A stretch of 63,739 nt of DNA, counting the filler, from Reticulomyxa filosa (taxonomy: Eukaryota > Protista > Foraminifera): NCBI GenBank assembly GCA_000512085.1. It is 20 parts of 20 records of this genome, joined end to end, with 100 filler letters (N's around TTAATTAATTAA, not from the genome) between each part and the next. Parts side by side here need not be neighbours in the genome. Positions count along the whole stretch, not along the records: positions 24,380 to 25,662 come from ASPP01010595.1; positions 25,763 to 28,420 come from ASPP01017357.1; positions 28,521 to 29,923 come from ASPP01026741.1; positions 30,024 to 34,444 come from ASPP01003183.1; positions 34,545 to 36,066 come from ASPP01019602.1; positions 36,167 to 38,031 come from ASPP01003301.1; positions 38,132 to 41,365 come from ASPP01004684.1; 13 more parts are not named here. One strand, 5' to 3'. The translations under genes and the position numbers were made by a program. Below are positions 25,624 to 39,011 of this stretch, one piece after another (positions within the stretch are counted from its first letter, which is position 1; each line of letters starts with the position of its first letter). The notes under the pieces are model-generated. The model did no database searches and was not told the origin of the DNA. It was given only the letters and a program-made list of their open reading frames with translations.

Positions 25624-25662
25624 CAGTAGATTGCAAAAAAAACTGCCATACCTAAATGGCAC
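25624..25662 (+). mobile_element. Tc1/mariner-type TIR end
   Basis: TA|CAGTagattgcaaaaaaaactgccatacctaaatggcac at a contig edge; matches the reverse complement of the 47116 end. Confidence 0.65.
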
Positions 25663-25762
25663 NNNNNNNNNNNNNNNNNNNNNNNNNNNNNNNNNNNNNN
25701 NNNNNNTTAATTAATTAANNNNNNNNNNNNNNNNNNNNNNNNNNNNNNNNNNNNNNNNNNNN

Positions 25763-25801
<39 letters not shown>

Positions 25802-25926
25802 GTTGTAACCAATTTTCTAAATTGTTTGCTTGTTTGGTGTGTGCATGATACGCAATGAACTTTCTAAATAAACCAAATGTGAATAAACGAATGAACCTTT
25901 AATGTGCTTGTTTGTCTGGTGAAAAG

Positions 25927-26752
25927 TGAATGTGCCCGTGGACGAACGTGGAGAATTGGAAGAAAGTTTAAGAAAACAACAGAACAAGGATCGACACGAA
26001 TCTGGCACAGAAGCAAATGAAAATCACAATGGACCCCAAAAAAAATGTGCCGGTAATTTGAACCACAGAGGTGCAAAAAATGCTGACGACAATAATGACA
26101 ATAACAATAACAACAAACGCTATGTATGTATGTATTGCCGTAAGGAATTGTTCAATTCGACCGGACTTAAGCATCACATTTATACGCACACTCATCAATG
26201 GCCTTTTCGTTGTGATTGGGCTGGATGTGCCAAGGGGACTGCTACAAAGCGAGACTTGCTAAAGCATTACAGAACACATACTGGTTTGTTTTTTTTTTTG
26301 TTATTTTTTTTGTTTAAATACAAAAGCAGTATATATCTTGCACTATTTCTTCCTCTTTTGTCTTTTCTTTCATTCTGTGCTCCTTTTGCAGAGACAAGAA
26401 GAGATTGTGTACATCTCTGGGAACATTAGCTTTGCTTTGCTTTTTTTTTTTTTTTTTCCTTCCCTCTCTTGCTCCCTTTGAAAACAATACCAAAGTACAT
26501 TTTACTACTTGCCGCAATAATTAAAAAAACTGTGTTTATGGACGAATAATTCAAAAAGAAAAACAAAAAACGGCGACAAAAGCACTTTGATCTCTTTCCT
26601 CTAAGCTTTTTTTTCTTATGTGTGTATGTGTTGTGTCAATGTGCTACAAACATAAAGGCGAACGACCGTTTGAGTGCGATATTTGTAATAAAAAATTTAC
26701 ACAGTCTGGAGTCATGCATAGGCACAAGAAAGTGTGTTGGAAAAAAAGTTAA
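25927..26752 (+). CDS. C2H2 zinc-finger protein (3 fingers), probably 5'-partial
   Basis: [24 protein letters not shown], a TG|ERPF linker across intron 26284-26657, then [22 protein letters not shown]. Confidence 0.85.
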
Positions 26753-28347
26753 TTTAATTTTTGTTGATATGCTCCCTCCTGACTTTTTTTTTTTTTTTTT
26801 TTTTTGAAACGGTAATGCGGGTGTAGAAAAAAAGCGGCAAAATTACCAAAAAATTCACAGAATGTTCTTTTAATAGTTGTCTTGAAGAGGCGCAAAGTCT
26901 GTGTGCGTGTGTATGGTGTCATGCATTTTTAATACAATAGACTTAAATAACAGCAACTGGACATTTATGAAATATTAAATCCATCAACAACAAATCATCT
27001 TGGTGGAGAGCTCCAAAAATGTTTGTGTTTGTCCTTGTTTTCCTTTTTTTCTTGGTTGTGTTTTCTTTCTTTTATTATTTCTTTTTTTATTTTATTTTTT
27101 TTTTTTGTCAGTTTTTTTTGTCAGTTTTTTTTGTTCGTTTTTGTTTTACTTTCGTGGTGTGTTTTTGTTTTTTTTTTTATATTGTTGGTCCAATGACCTG
27201 TATGGATCCATTCAATCAACCTGGACATTTTTTAATAATGAAATTGTAGTTCTGATTTTGTTCATTTTATTTGACGTTTGAAAGTGTACCAATTGTGTTA
27301 TTTTACGCGAAAAGATTCCTCTATTTTTTTCTGTGGAAAGTGGTTTTCTTTTGTTTCTTTTTCATTAAGCAATGTACTTTAAGCCTCTGCAAAGCAATCA
27401 CAAATGCAGTGGTGTTGTAAATGACAATGATGACGTCACAAATTGGCTGTTGTACCATTTCTTTTTTTTTGTTGTTCTCATTATGACAAAAAATCTCTAC
27501 TGCTTTATTTCAAATTTGTTGACCATGCAAGAATTATTATTTTTACATTAATTTGTACTTTTTATGAAAGTACATATATTTGTGTAAACTGGTCCCATTT
27601 TTAAAATAATTCACTCTTGCACTTTTTTTTCATTTCTTTTCTTTTTTTCAAGTCGCAACATTTTTATACCAAGAAAATTCAGGCAATTAATGTTAGTAAT
27701 CATCATAAATTAAAAGGATTTACCATTGATAGATGACAGTATCTTTTAAAATAACGATTTGGTGTAATACAATATAATCAAAACTATTTTTTAAATTTGG
27801 CGATAATAATATGAAATAACATAAAATGGAATTTATGTTCGTAATAAAAGTAAAGTAAATCGAAGACAATTTAGAAAAATAAAAAAATTTTAGAAATAAA
27901 CTATTTCAAATCTATTATAGTATTGCAATTTGTATGGTACACATGCATTTATAATATTTGTACGTCATTGCATAGTCTGACTTGAAATGTAATTTATTAT
28001 ATTTGCTAGCTTTCGTAAATTATTATATTAAAACATTATTCAATTGGTTCATGTTCACAATTCTGTAATGTGTCCAAATGTCGTTCGTTTATATGTAACA
28101 ATAATAATGTATGTTTGATTTTTTAATTATTGACGCATATTCGCAGTTAAATTTTCATAATTTTAACATATCTTTTTTTCAAGCATGTGTTCTTTTCATT
28201 TTGATGTTGATATCGAAAGTTAGAATAATATTTGAATATATAATTATTATGTATTTGTCTTTTGTTAGAAATGCAGTATGAACATATTTTGTATATTTAT
28301 TGTATTCATTGTCATATTTGTCTAATGTATTAATTTAGTATGTTATA

Positions 28348-28420
28348 CAGTATGTTGCAAAAAAAACTGAACACCGAAAATGCCACCTTATGAAGATGAT
28401 AGATTTTCTTATAAAAACAA
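28348..28420 (+). mobile_element. Tc1/mariner-type TIR end
   Basis: TA|CAGTatgttgcaaaaaaaactgaacaccgaaaatgccaccttatg at a contig edge. Confidence 0.75.
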
Positions 28421-28662
28421 NNNNNNNNNNNNNNNNNNNNNNNNNNNNNNNNNNNNNNNNNNNNTTAATTAATTAANNNNNNNNNNNNNNNNNNNNNNNN
28501 NNNNNNNNNNNNNNNNNNNNACAATTTGATAGCACTATGGACTCAATGAATGATCGGCTTGTGGTATTCTATGCTTTTGTGTATTGTCTGTTATACAAAT
28601 ACATATGGAATAAGTCTTCTTTGAACAATACACACGCACATGCACATGCACGTACACATTAA

Positions 28663-29790
28663 AGGAAAAAACACAGCAAACGATGAAAGAACAATTGGAT
28701 GTGTTTATGAAACAATCGTTCCAAAGCAAAATGACAAATCTGATCCAACAGATGAAACTAACCACTCATGAAATGACTAGCAAAATGGATGCTTTGCAAA
28801 CTAAGATCGACGAACTGGCGAGTCAAAAGGAGACAACTGCAAAAGAAAATCAAGACAATGAAAAGACAATTTCCGAAGTTTTGAAAAAGTTGGAAGAAAC
28901 AAAGGAAGATATCAAAACGTCAATTCGATCCAATTCCAAAGCTTTTTCAGTTTGTTTTTTCTTTTGTTTTATTTTGTTGTTCGTTCACATATACAATACA
29001 CGCATACGATGAAATTCGATAATTAAAAATAGGAGCTCTCGTCGCTGTACTCCAAATTGCTGCAAGAAATTGAAAAAACTTTGGCCGAAAAATCCAAGGA
29101 AATTTCCCAAAGCACTCAACATTTTATCGTTTCGTTTTCCTTACTTTTTCTCTTTTTCTTTCACTTTGTCTAACTCTTTGCAAATATTTGAAACAGCAAA
29201 ATGAAGGATTTCAAGGTCTGGAAAAGACAATCAAAAATTTGTTCAACAACTTGTTCACTACAATTACCAATCGTATCAGTGAGCAGACCACAAACAACGA
29301 TAAGGTGTCGGATGATGTCCACAGTGAATTGCAACAACTGAAAAAGTCCATTCAAGAACAAACCCGACAACTTCAGCTCGTGTTGCAACAAGAACAGAAA
29401 GAAACTTCACATCAAGCCTTGGAATCTTTTCATACTCGTCTTCAAGCTACTTTAGATCAGTTGTCCGGGGTGTGCGCCAATTTGGAGACAAGTGTCAAGC
29501 AGTTGCCTGAATTCCGGCAATTCACGGAGCATAGACAAAATGTACTTGACAATTAGATATATGTTTTCTTTCCTATAATCTAATTCATTATATTTAGCAC
29601 ATTTGTAAATACAATACACAAATCAAAAGGAAATTTAGTCAATTCTGTCTCACTGGACAAAATACTCAAATTACTGGAAGATCGATTTGGTGAATCGAAG
29701 CGGCGATTTTTTGTTGGATGCGTGTTCTTTCTCGTGCTGTTTTTATTGTTCAAAAAGAAAAATAGAGTATAATTATCACAGCTTGAGTGA
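28663..29790 (+). CDS. Hypothetical coiled-coil protein, multi-exon, partial
   Basis: Q/E/K-rich heptad ORFs 28683-~28950 and ~29190-~29540 with intervening intron-like segments. Confidence 0.5.
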
Positions 29791-30023
29791 CGTCGTCAAA
29801 TCGTCGCTCGCTATGTAAGATGAACAGCAAATACACTTTTATGTGAAATAATCTGTTCTTTTTCACACAAAAAGAGAATGTGAGTAGTTTCAAAAATCCT
29901 TTTTTTTTTCTTATTTTTTTTTTNNNNNNNNNNNNNNNNNNNNNNNNNNNNNNNNNNNNNNNNNNNNTTAATTAATTAANNNNNNNNNNNNNNNNNNNNN
30001 NNNNNNNNNNNNNNNNNNNNNNN

Positions 30024-30562
30024 TTCAATTTCAGAAACTACCTGTTTGTCATGATATTGCACCATTCCATTCATATGCATATGTGTGTATCAATGATATC
30101 ATCTTATTCTTTGGTGGATGGAGTAGTCAATCATCGAGAATTACTGTCTCAAAATCAGTGTACAAGTATTCAATTCGAGAAAACAAATGGATAACATTTA
30201 AAAACACTTTACCCAGTCCATTATGTCATTGTGTTGCAATATTGAGTGAAGAAGACAATTGTATACATATCATTGGAGGAGTCAAGGAAAAAAATATAGA
30301 ATTATCAACTCATATGAAGACAAAAGTGCGTGCATGGGATCCTTCACAGTTGGTAATGATTTGTTTATGTATTATTTATTTGATGAACACAAATAAATTA
30401 TGTTATATAAAACTAATTAACAAATAAATAAATAATAAATAGTCAAAAAAGGAAATTAAATTTATTATTCAATATTGGATTCAAACTTCAAAAATAAAAT
30501 TAGGATGGATTGATGATTTTGATAAAATTATTATGAAATACAGTGGAATGAATTATTCATAA
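30024..30562 (+). CDS. Kelch-repeat protein C-terminus ending in the 33-aa 'LGWIDDFDK' module
   Basis: ILFFGG..VYKYSIRENKW and IHIIGG Kelch motifs; phase-0 intron 30353-30442; last exon SKKEIKFIIQYWIQTSKIKLGWIDDFDKIIMKYSGMNYS*. Confidence 0.85.
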
Positions 30563-30949
30563 AGTTTAATATATAGATATAATTGATTTTTGATGAAGAA
30601 ATATCTATAAATTAATTCATCTTTAAATATGTTTTTGTAAATTTTTTTAAAAATTAACTAATTTGAGTATGTTCAAAAAAATATTTATTAAAAAGACAAA
30701 AACTGTTATAAATATCTTTTCTTCGCACAAATTGCTTGATTTTAATGAAATAAGTTATATTTGTAATAAGACTCGACATTATATTATTGTTGTTGTGATA
30801 ACACTTTTTCTTTCATTCCCTTAAATTTACTATCATAATTCCAAATGCCACCAACTATTTGGTTTAGGGGGCCGAGGCGGTCAGTTTGGGTTGAGTTAGA
30901 TTGGGAGGGTTGTATTGGAAATAAAAAAGAAAAAATAGATTGAAAAAAA

Positions 30950-32150
30950 GATTGGTTTGGTTGTTGGCAATGACGAAGCGTGCAGCGCCATAGCAAGAGT
31001 CGACCTTAGTATGTACAAAGTGAGCGTCGTCCATGGTTTCGGTGTGATAGTATTTTTGTTTGAATCGCATTTCCAACAGTTTGTCAAATACCACCAAACT
31101 GTCCACCGGACTTTTGAACAAAAACATTTGCTCTTTTTCGATGAAGTTGTCCTAGTCATCATCGGGAGGACCTATCAATAATGCATACATTCATCATATT
31201 CCTTTTTCTTGATGACACATGAGAGGTGAGCCCGGTCGATCATCCAGTCAATGAATCTTCAAACATATCCAACATGAACTTTTCGAATGTGTTGATCTCC
31301 TTCGTCGTGATTTTCTTGACTCATTAATGCAAATGCTATTCTTGTCGAAGATCACATTTTTAATCGGGGTGTCATCTCCCAAGTATTCTTGCACATTGTA
31401 AATGAGCTTTTTCGTCAAGATGCTCTTTGCGATATCTCTAACAATAATGTCGTCATACTCGATATCGGAAATATAATACTACTTCAACTTGTTAAAGTCA
31501 ATATCCACGTAGTCAGACTCGCTAATGCCCACAAATTCTTTGTCCGTGGCCACAATGTGTTCCATCCATTGATTCAGATCGTCTCAATTCAAACGCTCAT
31601 CTCCGTTCTTATCCCAATTATCAAATAGCATTTTCCATACCTTTGCACGTTCGTCCAATGCCACCTGCCAAATATCGACAATACTCCTTCGCATTGTGAA
31701 AATGGCATGTTTGGGAAATATGACCAGGTCGTTACTGGACAACAAGATGTCGGTTATTCCATCTGCAAAGGCATCTTTCTTTTTCTTCTTACTATCGGAG
31801 GAGGAGAATCTGTCTTATTGTCGTTTATAATCATCCCCTCCAAGATTCGCTTGATCCTTGCTCAGGGCAATCTGTCCCCCCCCCCCCCAACTCCTTCTGT
31901 GCACCTTTCATGTTCAGCATATCCGACAGAGACAATTGATTTGACGATGAAAAAGATCATCGATCTGCTCAAAGAAGCGTCGCTACTGATATTGATAAGT
32001 TTGGATGCTCGTCTTTGCTTTTCTTCCGATTCGCCGACAAGTGATACCCATTTTCAAAATAGTCTTGCTGATCCTTGCATACGCTTTGTTCATTTCTTCA
32101 ATTTTCTGTGTGTGTGTATTCCATTTGAATGCGACGCTACTTCAGTCATA
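30950..32150 (-). pseudogene. Intronless degraded gene with an EF-hand-like motif
   Basis: Long coding-like frame (...KMLFDNWDKNGDERLN*DDLNQWM...) with several TGA/TAG stops and frameshifts. Confidence 0.55.
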
Positions 32151-32299
32151 TATACGTTCTCTAAAAACCTTTTTCTTCCTTTCACTTCACATTTCACCAA
32201 AATCATTTATCATTATTAATAATCACTGAATTCATTATCATTCTCACTTCTTCTTGCCACTTGATAAACATTATGAAGGAAATCTATTAATCAAACATT

Positions 32300-33320
32300 G
32301 AAAAGCATTATCCAACTATTTTCCCCAATTATAATAAAATCATTGCAAATTTCCATATTTTCACTATCAAAGGTTTTCATCAAAAATTCAAACATTTTTT
32401 TCAATTGAAAATCGATAATCTCTATCAGTAAGAAATTTTAAAACATTAATTAATTGTTATTTTACAAAGTATATTTATGTTTGATAATATTGAACACATT
32501 TTGTTGAATTTCACAAGAAATAACAGCTTGTCTAGATTTTAATCCTTTTCATGCAACTTCATCCAATTCAATTTCATATAACTTTTTAACAATATTTCAT
32601 ACAATCTTTGAAAATATCATATTATCCAATCTATCGTTATCCAATGTTGATGATTTTTTTTTTTGCTAAATAACAAAATAATCGCAAGTATAAAGGTGTA
32701 TGATTCAATAATTTTAAACTTGGATTGTTTTTTTCATCAACTTGAATATTTTGAAAATAAATACGGATATAATTTTGAATATCTAATAACAATCAACATT
32801 CGTGAATTGTTTAAATATGAACAGATCGATTTGTTATTATTATGAAATGATGTTCATTGAAGGTACAATGTTGTAGCCATTGTTTTAAATTATTATTTTT
32901 TTCAATTTCATCAAATCCATTGATAATGATTGTGTAATAAGTATTGAAATTGATCATTCAATAAATATGCAATTCTTTGATACAATACTAATATGACGTA
33001 TCTCTCCAAATATCTTGTATTTCTATTGTTTCAGTTTAATTTCCATATATTAATGAATAATCTAATGTATTTGGCCATTTTCCATTTTCTTTTTCTTCAT
33101 TGTTTGTCATTTTTTCTTTTTATTTTCGAAATCGTTGTTGCGAATGTAGCAAGTATCAATGGATTGTCCAGGATCATCAAATAATGGAGCTAATTTGTCT
33201 TGTGATTGATAATATCGCTTTAATTTTTCTTTTGTTGCATTTAGTTTCTTATTTTTTTCTTCTTCCTCAGAGTATTTCTCTTCTATTTCTTTTTGACTTT
33301 GATATTTTTTTCACTACGGA
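32300..33320 (-). pseudogene. Degraded NACHT/STAND-family remnant
   Basis: LKRYYQSQDKLAPLFDDPGQSIDTCYIR, WPNTLDYSLIYGN*TETIEIQDIW and RIAYL/QFQYLLH fragments. The expected P-loop appears deleted; many stops. Confidence 0.55.
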
Positions 33321-33590
33321 ATGTGGGTACCAACAAACAAATTTAATGATATTAAAGATAATCAACAATTGAAAAAATTCAATGATTGAAATATTCGTTT
33401 ATGGAATGTTGGAACATTGAAATTGTTGCAAATTGGTGTGATTTATACCCAAAAATTCGTATATGGGAGGGGATATTGAAACAATCAAACAATGAGTTTT
33501 GTTATCAAGTATTAAAAAAGTTCAAAGTTTTTTTGTAACTTTCATCTGTGCTTGACAAACTCTTCTCAAAAAAAAGTATTTAGTATGGGT

Positions 33591-34444
33591 ATGTTTCAAA
33601 CACCAACCACTTTTCCTCCATTACACTCGGTAAGTTCTCAAACACATTTGTGGAAATTACGTTAACTTCCTTAACTAAATGTACTAATATTAAAAAAAAT
33701 AGTTTGAAAAAGAAATAAAATTAATAATTAATAATTGGATTAGAATTTCAGATGTTAAATTAGGATGGATTGATGAATTTGACAAATTTGTTGTCAATTA
33801 TGTTATGTTTATTTTTTATTAAATAAATAATGAGTATATACATATATATATGTATGTACATATATGTATATTCATAATATAGGCAAATACAATCTTTATA
33901 TTTGATACATTTTATTCATCATCTAAATTATTAAATACTTTTAATGGACATATTTCAACTATTTATAGTATTGATTATTCAATATTTAATAATCATCAAT
34001 ATATTTGTTCTGGATCAAGTGATAAAACAATTAGAATATGGTGTATAGATATAAATAAACAAATAAAATTATTAAATAAACATTTACATGAAATATATTG
34101 TATAAAATTTTCAAAATATTATAATAATATTTATGATCGTAATGTTATTTGTTCTTCATCATTTGATAAAACAATTCGTTTTTGGGATATTAAAAAAAAG
34201 AAACAATTTAAAATATTTAATAAATATAATAATGGTGTTTGTGGTATAGAATTTTCATCATTTAATAGTGGTAGATATTTATGTTCTGGATCATATGATA
34301 ATAATATTCATTTATGGGATATAGAAACATCTAAATTATTAAATATATATAATGGACATAAAAATACTGTTTGGTGTATAGATATATCACCATTAAAGAA
34401 TGAAAATAATAATAATAATAATAATATTGGAATTATTGGTGGTA
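33591..34444 (+). CDS. WD40-repeat protein with N-terminal 33-aa module, 3'-partial (absent from the ORF track)
   Basis: Exons 33591-33629, 33703-33801 and 33883-end; FNGH..ICSGSSDKTIRIW, SFDKTIRFWD and SYDNNIHLWD. Confidence 0.85.
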
Positions 34445-35919
34445 NNNNNNNNNNNNNNNNNNNNNNNNNNNNNNNNNNNNNNNNNNNNTTAATTAATTAA
34501 NNNNNNNNNNNNNNNNNNNNNNNNNNNNNNNNNNNNNNNNNNNNGGACATTATTATCGATTTCTACTTTGGATACAAATAATCAATGTTGTAATTATGCT
34601 TAACTTTTTTCAATTAGTGCACCATATTCAGTAATCATATCTTTGAAAATTTCGAATTTTCGTCGCTCTAGTTTTTTTTTTTTGACGGTGACAGAAGGAG
34701 GAGAAAAAAAAAGACCATTTAAACCTGGTTCTAACAAATACCACAGGGACAAACAACTCTTGAGCGTGTTTTTTTTTTTAAAGTTTGTGACGAAAAACTA
34801 TTTCTCAAAGAGTTTCGGAAAGTTTGAAAAAGGGGAGGAGTGTACTGTTTTTTTTTATTTTCGCAACAAAAAATGTATACGTGTTCTAAATTGTAATTAT
34901 CCAAAACAAAATCACTCAAATTTTTCCAATAGTCAATCAAATACTTCGAAACAATGGTATTCAAACTTTTACAGAAGTTATCATGAACGAAACATTACCA
35001 TGATACTGCAAAAAGAGATTGAGTGTTTTGGAATGCAAAACGACAAATATAAATATTAATGCAAATGAAAAAATCGTAGCAAACAACAAATGTAAAAAAC
35101 ATTGCAAATATTTTTGAGAATAAAAGTACTCTAAAGTGTGTAAACGATATTAAAAAAGAATGTAGAAAAAAGTTATTTTTAATGTTTGATCTTGTTGTTG
35201 AATCTCTTTTAATATTGTTTTGACTATCTTTAATACATCCTTCCTTTCAATTCGGTAGTCCACTAAAACATTCCATTTCACCAATCTGTGGTAAAGTACA
35301 GACACGCAATAACCAAACTGTGAATCTCCAAATATTAAAAAAAAATTAATAAACTTTTTTAAAAATTTTGCTGATTATGCAAAAAAAAAGAGATTAAAGA
35401 TAGTGAGAAAAAAAAAGTAAGCAACTTTATTTTCATTCAACAGGTGTTTACTGGTACTATGAACCCTTGTTGTATGGTGCTAATACATGCAAAATTGGCG
35501 CCAACAGCGCAACATAAGTTTGCCAAAGTGGTAAGTAAACTTTGTTTGTTGTCCAACGACACTGTCTGCTGTGCACAGCAAAGTGGCATGTTATTGTAAC
35601 AATCTTTGTCCAGGTTTGTTACATTTATGTTATTTCCTTTGTTTGTTGTTTTGAAAAGGATTTTGCACAAAAAAGAACTTTTAAGGTAAATACTACTTCC
35701 GTTATACTTTGTTACGAACATGACGATTTTTTTTTCTCAAGACAACGCCCCTCCTCGACCACTGGCCGCACACTTTTTTAAAAAGTTGAAATCACTATTT
35801 TTGTTCACCGCCAGTCAAGAGAAATAAATACCAAATACGAGTGGACGTGAACTTTCCGATATTATTAAATTGTCCAAAAAAAAAAATGATAACTGGACCG
35901 ATGTAATTGTTTAAAGATA

Positions 35920-36066
35920 CAGTAAGATAAAAGAAAGTTGACACCTAAAATGCCACCTTATATAGATGATTGTGTTCTCAATGAAAAAACAACATTTAAT
36001 CAAAAATTTTTTAAAAAATATTTACAAATCGTGTAGTTTTTAAATATCATTTTGGTTTTTTATTAA
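35920..36066 (+). mobile_element. Tc1/mariner-type TIR end
   Basis: TA|CAGT start; nearly identical over ~145 bp to the copy at 50236; contig edge. Confidence 0.75.
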
Positions 36067-36166
36067 NNNNNNNNNNNNNNNNNNNNNNNNNNNNNNNNNN
36101 NNNNNNNNNNTTAATTAATTAANNNNNNNNNNNNNNNNNNNNNNNNNNNNNNNNNNNNNNNNNNNN

Positions 36167-38008
36167 TATTGCTATTGTCACTCTTATTGCCTGTCAACTC
36201 ACCCAAGAAGCCATTGTGAATGACTTCGTGAAACAATGCCTTCAACATATTGCCATCCTCATCGTTGCGTTTCGCTTGTAGTTCCTCTTCTCGACTTAGA
36301 ATAGCCCATTTATCATTGATTTTATTATTATTATTATTATTATTATTATCATTGCTGTCGTTCTTTTCATTAGCTTTGCTTTCATCAATCTTGACGTCAT
36401 CCCCTTTATTGTCGTCTTGCAAAATATTGACCAACTGACTTTGAGCTAAAAGAGGATTCCATTGGCATTGTGCAAAGACACGCGTCTCTTGTTTCTCGTC
36501 GTCGTCGTCGTCGTCGTCGTCCTCTTTTGTGTCAATAGCACTAGTCGTCGTGGACTGACTAAAAATGTTCTGTCTGAGCGCGTGCGGGGTCGGGGTCGGG
36601 GCGTCACTTTTGGCCGGCACGTGGACGGTGCGCTCATAGGGCACGACAACGCGACTGTCGATGATCCACGTGACCATTAGCCGCGGATAGTTGTCTTCGT
36701 TTTTGTACGTTTCATGCAGCGCCAAGCGATAGTCGATGTCATTGTTAAGCGAAGGATGGCACTTCGATCCGACGAGTTGGAACGACATCACGTCGTCGGT
36801 ACCGCACTGGAAGCGCTTGTCCATTTTCAGCTTCTCTTTCACTTTGTTCAGCGCGTCATTCCATTTCGTCAGTCTTGGATTGAACGCATCGTAGCCAGTC
36901 AGATTTCCAATTACCCATTTTACACGAAATTCATTGAATATCTTTTGATTATTATTATTTTTTTAAATATATCAAACAATGTGTAAAAAAAAAAAATTAA
37001 ACGTTAATTAAATAAATAAGTAAGTAATTTACATATGTATATGTACACATATATAACATATACACATACATATAACATATACACATATATATATATAATT
37101 ACTTATTTATTTAATTAATAAATACAACACACACACACACAAACGTGACAAAAAAAAAAAAAAAAATAACCGAAAAGTATTTGGACAGTATAAATCGATC
37201 GAAAGAAGAAAGTGTTCGAAACTCCCATTTTTCATTTAAAACGATGTGACGCCATTTGGTTGCATTAGTCTCCATTTCCGACACGTCATTCTTCCAATCG
37301 ATACTCACATTCAATTCGCTGGCCATGGGATTGGCATTGCCCACTTGTAAGCACTCCACTGTCGGCTTTTCTTTCGCGCTCTCCAGCAGGACAATCCTTC
37401 GATGCATCGTGTCCAACTGCACTTCATATTCCCCCCATTTGTTGTCTTTCAATAGTTCCACTATTTTAGGCGCATGTCTATTCTCATGTTTTTATTTTTT
37501 TATTATTTTAAATATAATATAATATTATTATATTATCTGCATACTATTTTTGCTATAAACAATTTTTAAAAAAAAAAAAAAAAAGGTCGAAACAGAATAA
37601 AAGTAGAGTCACTCCGAAAAGGAGGGAAAACGAACAAACAGAAAAATACGTGGTTAATGGGCGCAACACGGCAGCAAAAAAATTCCAAAAAGAGAGAATG
37701 TCAACGGCTTGATTATACTGCCAAATGTCCTTATCACTTTTTTCAAAGCCAAAAGAAAGCAGCAACTTTGGGAAGACTTTTAATACTCGCTCGCTGTCCA
37801 CTCCTTGATCGTTGCATTTCGTCTTCAAACTATTCTCCAGCGCGCTGTTTTGAATCCGTCGATACTTGCTTTCGTTTGCATGAAGCAGCATATTTGCAAT
37901 TATCAATGACCAACTTTCTCTTACAATCTGTGATTGCCGTTCTTTACATCTTTTTTTTTGCACACGCACACATATACAAAAGTGCGCAAAGCGCAATTGA
38001 AGATTCAT
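36167..38008 (-). CDS. Multi-exon protein with N-terminal PUB-like domain, partial
   Basis: IIANMLLHANESKYRRIQ...LLLSFGF resembles the PUB signature; further exons near 37461-37170 and 36900-36167. Confidence 0.5.
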
Positions 38009-38139
38009 CCCTCTCCTCCTCCCCCCCCCCCNNNNNNNNNNNNNNNNNNNNNNNNNNNNNNNNNNNNNNNNNNNNTTAATTAATTAANNNNNNNNNNNNN
38101 NNNNNNNNNNNNNNNNNNNNNNNNNNNNNNNTTATCATC

Positions 38140-38182
38140 ATAAGATATGTTTTAGGCGTTCAGTTTTCTTTGCAACATACTG
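38140..38182 (-). mobile_element. Tc1/mariner-type TIR end
   Basis: taggcgttcagttttctttgcaacatACTG|TA, the reverse complement of the 28348 end; near a contig edge. Confidence 0.65.
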
Positions 38183-39011
38183 TATTATCCTGTTCAATAT
38201 TCGCTATTCGTTTGATCCAATCAGTGCAGTTTAAATAATTGTCAATTATTGAGATCCACTGTATAATGTGCGTTGGCAATGATAGCAAGAGTCGTTGATG
38301 TATGGCGATAATGATGATTTTTTATTTTTGAAATAGTCTGAATTATTAAAACAAGTAAATTCTGTTTAAATATCTAATCGAATTATTTTCTATCTTTTTT
38401 TTGTGTAAATAGTCCAATTTTGTTGTCTTTCGCATTTTGGAATCTAGTCTTTACAGTTTTGTTCGCGATCAGTCCTTTTTGATTTAATCTCCATTTGCAT
38501 CTTTTTGTTTGTCTTGGTTGAGAGTGCTTTCAATGATATTTATGTTATTTTAGTTCATGTCAATTTTAACCTTTTTTTTTTTGTAAAAAATCAAAAGAGC
38601 CCAATCGAGTTCGTGGATGTATTGTAATGGTGTACTCAAGACACATTCTTTGTAATAACGACTTGTCACGTTCGTTCACTGATTTACTTGCTCCTTTTTC
38701 CCCCCCCCCTTTTTTTCGTGTTTCTCTTTGTTGTGACAATAAAAAACCCATCATTTTTGATATAAAAATATTGTCCCAAAATAACTTTGAATATGATATA
38801 TTTATTATCTTTCTTGAGCCATATGAAATCAGGCAAACATTTGGAAAACCAAAAACATGACGGATTGATAAAATAGAATTGAGAAAAAATAAAAATCGGA
38901 CAAAATCAAGCAATCCATCAAAACACATTTTAAAATTTCGGAGGTGATAATCCTTTTTTTTTTGAGAAAAAGTAAATAGAGTAAATCAAAATCTATGTAA
39001 ATCCAAACATT

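Noticed and set aside
27000-27281. Phe-rich membrane-protein ORFs, also at 48692-48931 and 5610-5879
   Set aside because: They are translations of T-rich low-complexity UTR or intergenic sequence.
30950-33320. Stop-codon reassignment explaining the in-frame stops
   Set aside because: Stops are a mix of TGA, TAG and TAA and come with frameshifts, while intact genes end in TAA or TGA and long ORFs read in the standard code.
35180-35721. Possible small two-exon minus-strand gene
   Set aside because: The peptides are plausible, but I found no consistent splice model or family motif.
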